Shown here piece by piece: positions 60,236 to 64,000 of a stretch of DNA of 64,000 bases. The stretch comes from the human T2T-CHM13v2.0 reference genome, Homo sapiens. A model generated the notes under the pieces. It was given only the letters and a program-made list of their open reading frames with translations, did not search any database and had not been told where the DNA came from. The DNA lies in assembly GCF_009914755.1 (NCBI RefSeq), contig NC_060931.1. One strand, 5' to 3'. The position numbers and the translations under genes are program-made. The first letter of the stretch is position 1. Each line of letters begins with the position of its first letter.

Positions 60236-60376
60236 AAATATATATATATATGTATATATATAAAATTTATATATATAATTTATATGGAGAGATATACATA
60301 TCTCATATAAACATATATACATACATATGGAGATATACATATAAATATATATATATATATATCCATATATATATAT
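60236..60376. repeat. (TA)n-rich tract
   Basis: Read directly. Contains ATATGGAGA(GA)TATACATAT twice. Confidence 0.93.
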
Positions 60377-60670
60377 TTGTATCACAACAGAGAGAGAATT
60401 AAATTGAGTCTTGAGCCAAAATCATTTCTCATTATTTGTTTGTGCCAGAGGGTGGTGCAGCTGTGGTTGTTCAGTGCATCCCTGGATATGGCCCTGTTGT
60501 GGTCCTGGCCCCCACTGCAGAGCAGAGGGAGGCCTGGAGGACTGGGCTGACAAGGGTGTTGGAGTGTGTTTTGAATGGGGCCTGACAGCTGCATTGTGTG
60601 CTCACTCCTCAGCTGGGCTGGGTTGAGGTTTGAGAGGCTTCCTCTCTTCTCCTCTTGGCCAATTACTCAC

Positions 60671-61009
60671 CTTTGTTGACTCATCAGATACAACCTTTTC
60701 GTTGAATCCAAGATATGGTGTGGGAATGACAGCAGCCTCTTTTCTTTCAACTGCTCTTTAAGAGCATGAGCACTTGATTTGGAAGTGCCAGGCAGGGCTC
60801 CTTTCTCTCTCACGTATTTCTTGAAGGTTTGTGTCTATAAATGTCCTCTGGGGGACTGGCATATGGCTTTCTTTTGAAGCCAGGTTTTCCTGAGTAGTGG
60901 AACTTTTGCAAAAAGAAGTTGTCTTGCTGAGGACTAGGCCTGCCTCTGCTGAGATGACAAGACAGCGAGAAGAGATTGGTGATTCAAGCATGCTTGACTC
61001 AGGGCAAGG
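60671..61009 (-). other. Candidate internal exon of a spliced, probably non-coding transcript
   Basis: Acceptor CCTTCTCTTTTTTCTTCTAG| and donor AAG|GTGAGT bracket 339 nt of sequence I do not recognise as repeat. No transcript evidence is available. Confidence 0.4.
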
Positions 61010-61344
61010 CTAGAAGAAAAAAGAGAAGGCACACCTCCAGGGAGGCACAGGCTGTCTTTCATTTCTAAGCAATACTTAGCAAGGCTGTGGGTTATGATTT
61101 GAATAAGAGGTTAACATTGAATTTTGTGAGAGAATACCTGAAAACTCTATGAAGACATTCTGTAATTTTCCCCTAGTGACTATGTCAATATTTTTTAAAA
61201 AAACAAATTTCCAACAGTGAATATCAGAGCTGGTGAGGCTATAGCGGCATCAGCAGCATTAAGTGAGTACTTGCCCTTTGTTAGATATCATACACACAAT
61301 CACTTCTAATCCCAATCTCTAATCAGCAGGGCTGACATTGGAGA

Positions 61345-61893
61345 AAGTGGGAACTTGCCACCTTGAAGTATGCCACTTTAGCATGGGGGTTGTTTTGAGC
61401 TCAAGGCAATTAAGAAGCAGCACATTCTGCCTGTATCTTCCTAAAAGCAGTACATAAATTTTCCTTTGTGAAGGTCTTCCCCTCTTCCTACTCCATACCA
61501 GGAGGGGGAAAAACAACCATTATCTGTCATTGGAGAGAGAAGGTTAGCATGGAGATGGGTTTGTGTAAACAAACCTAACTGCAGTCACCCTTGTTTTCTG
61601 TTAGTTTTTCTTATATATTTACCTTTTCACAATTTACCACGCCTAGAAATCCGAGCCCTTTTTCCTTTGTCTTATTACTTTTCCATAATCTATCACTCTT
61701 TGTTGAAATTGTATATGAATCCACCAAATATCATTACTTCTTTAGGGTCTTCTTTCCTCTGAAGGCCTTTGTGCACATAAAAATTAAAATATTAACATCA
61801 ACTAAAATTTGTTCTCCTGGCTTTTGTCAGTTTAATTTCCAGGTCCTAGTCAAAGAATGTAAGAGGGTAGAGAAAAAGTGTTTTCTTTCTTAA
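61345..61893 (+). mobile_element. MER34-like ERV1 solo LTR
   Basis: TATGCCACTTTAGCATG...TTTTGAGCTCAAGGCAATT near the start and GTCAGTTTAATT...AGAGGGTAGAG near the end. Confidence 0.8.
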
Positions 61894-62214
61894 AATGTAA
61901 TTGCTTTATAGATGAGGGAACTGGAGCTCATACCCTACCCAAGGGATGAGGCCAAGATTCTAACTCAAGGCTGTGGATCTACAAATCTTGTACTCATTCA
62001 CATTACCTTGTTTCTGGTAATGCCACCTGTGAGACTTGTCTACACAGGACTGCATGCCAGGACAAAATTTTGGGACACAGCAGAGCTGTGGCACAGGGTC
62101 CACATTGTTTAGACAAGCCTTTGAACACCACAATAAAGAAGTTATTCTATTTGCTCTCAATATGACATAACAGGATCAGGAGGCAGCTCTGTCTCCACCC
62201 CTGTGTGTGTCGCA

Positions 62215-62410
62215 ATTATGGGCTTTGGGGTTAGGCTGACCTAGGCTGGAATCAAAGCTTTCAATCCCCTTAGGTTTTTGAGTTTAGATAAATAGCTGAA
62301 CTCTTTAAACCTGCTTCCTCATTTAAGATAAGGGACATGATAGTTTTCCCTATTAGAGTTGATGAAAAATTTTAAACAGATATAGAGTACCTCATTCATT
62401 GTAAGAGCTA
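62215..62410 (+). mobile_element. MIR
   Basis: GGGCTTTGGGGTTAGGCTGACCTAGG...TTCCTCATTT. Confidence 0.7.
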
Positions 62411-63247
62411 ATACTGTCTCTCTCTCTCACACACACACTGTCTCTCTATCTTTCTGTTTCTGCTTTGGCCACTAGGAACCTCAGAGACAATCTAGTGGCT
62501 CATCTGTACCAGTGGCATAGGCTCAAATGGGCTTTATTTCAGCAAAATTTTATTTCACTCTTCTCTGGACTTCCTGTTGCATTTCCACTTGCACTGAGCT
62601 TTTACTTAATATTTTACTATTTACTTGCATGGATTTCTGCTAAAAGCTTATAAAAGAACAATAAAATAAGTCATAGGAAATTTCATGAATTATTGCTTTC
62701 TATTCTCTAGGAGTTTGAGATTATTTTCTCTGTGCAATTTGGGAAAGCTATGTGAGTATTTGAGATGTGCTTCTTGATATGCAGGGTCAAGGGGACACTG
62801 GAGCTGACTGGACAAGAGGAAATCCTCAACCGGTAGGGGATGTGTTAATTTCACAAAGGACTTGGTGTAGCTGACAGTCTAACCCACACAGTGAAAGAGC
62901 CAACCTATAGCTTAGTGGTTTCTCATTTTCAAAGGGGTTGGTTAGATGATTTATTATTATTAATATTATTTTTTCCCATGGTTCTGATACTACTTTTACT
63001 AATCTCACTTAATGGGTTACACTGTAATCTTCATCACCTTACCCTTTCTCTTTACCAAGAAAGAACTCTATGTTTGTTTTTAATAGTCATTAATCAAAAC
63101 AATATTTGAGAGTGTCTATGTCAGTTTCTGGCTTGGATAGTTTGGTCCATTTGTAGGGATCAAAGCTACCAAGGCCCAGCAGATTTGTAGTGGAGCAGCT
63201 GCAAAGCTGAGGAGAAGTGTATCTGAGCAGTTCTTTGCTGACTTTGT

Positions 63248-63405
63248 GGATGGAGCACTGGCTGGAAAGCGGTAAACCTGGATTTTAGCCACATATCAGT
63301 GTCAACTTTCTGGGTACCCTGCAACAAGCCACTTCTCTGGTTTGCAAAGCAGGGAATTAGACAAGATGGTCTCTACAGTTTCTTCCAGAGCTGCTAACAT
63401 TCCAT
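63248..63405 (+). mobile_element. MIR3/MIRc fragment
   Basis: GAGCACTGGCTGG...TTAGACAAGATGGTCTCTA...CTTCCAG. Confidence 0.6.
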
Positions 63406-63684
63406 TGCTCCACACTTTTTGGCAGATGCAGCAGGAACAGCCTTTGGGAGCGGTACCATTTCCCTTGGTGGAGGCTCAGTGGCCCTGTGGGCTTTTCTCC
63501 CATCTTTTCCAGCAGTGTCCATGCCCTCACTACCCCAATACCATGCCCAGCTCCAGCCCTTCTGAGAGACACCCCATGCTGAAGATTTTCCTGACCTTCT
63601 GTCAACCACATTTCATTTGCTGCTCATCTGCTGGAAAATACCATTTCCTCTCAGGGACTTGTTAGAACATACTCTGATAGGGAG

Positions 63685-63845
63685 AATATGAATCTTGCCA
63701 ACTTCCCAGGTTCATTCCAGGTTCTTTGCAAGAGATAGATTGCTGGGAAGTACAAATTTAACTCCCTCCCTTCAGTGAGTCTCAAATGAAAATTTTTCAA
63801 ATTTGAGACATGGAAATGAGGATCTATTTCTAAGATTGCTCAGGG
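63685..63845 (+). mobile_element. MIR fragment
   Basis: Degenerate MIR head and core (GGGTTCATTCC...AATGAGGAT...AGATTGCT). Confidence 0.4.
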
Positions 63846-64000
63846 CACACTACAATCTTTCCCTCATTTCTGCAGATGGGACCGCTCCACACAGCAACCT
63901 GGAAGCCCTTTCCTGGCAGCAGTGATGTGCTCACCTTTGCATCCTCCACAGCCCCTGCCCTGCTTGTACAGGGTAGTTGCTTAATGAGAGCATCTTAAGT

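Overview
This is primate, very probably human, nuclear DNA: CpG-depleted, with no CpG island, no recognisable protein-coding exon and no RNA gene. By my estimate about three quarters of it is interspersed repeat. There are 13 Alus and about 10 L1-family elements: a near-full-length L1MA1-like copy, a three-level nested L1ME/L1MA4/L1MA2 stack, a full-length L1PA7-like copy, a full-length L1PB1-like copy and a HAL1. There are also MaLR/ERV solo LTRs, DNA transposon relics (MER44/Tigger7, Tigger3a, MER3, MER58), L2 and MIR. Almost every ORF in the supplied track is a decayed L1 ORF1/ORF2 fragment, an Alu reading frame or chance. Subfamily names come from recalled consensus features and should be confirmed with RepeatMasker/Dfam; target-site duplications (TSDs) were read directly from the sequence. 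I found no convincing new biological system. The best leads are a chain of strong minus-strand splice sites suggesting a spliced non-coding transcript (best exon 60671-61009), a 193-codon antisense ORF containing the frameshifted ORF0 homologue of the L1PA7 5'UTR, possible gene conversion between two neighbouring L1MA copies, an L1 with a chimeric 3' end, and a ~70-bp young L1 micro-insertion.
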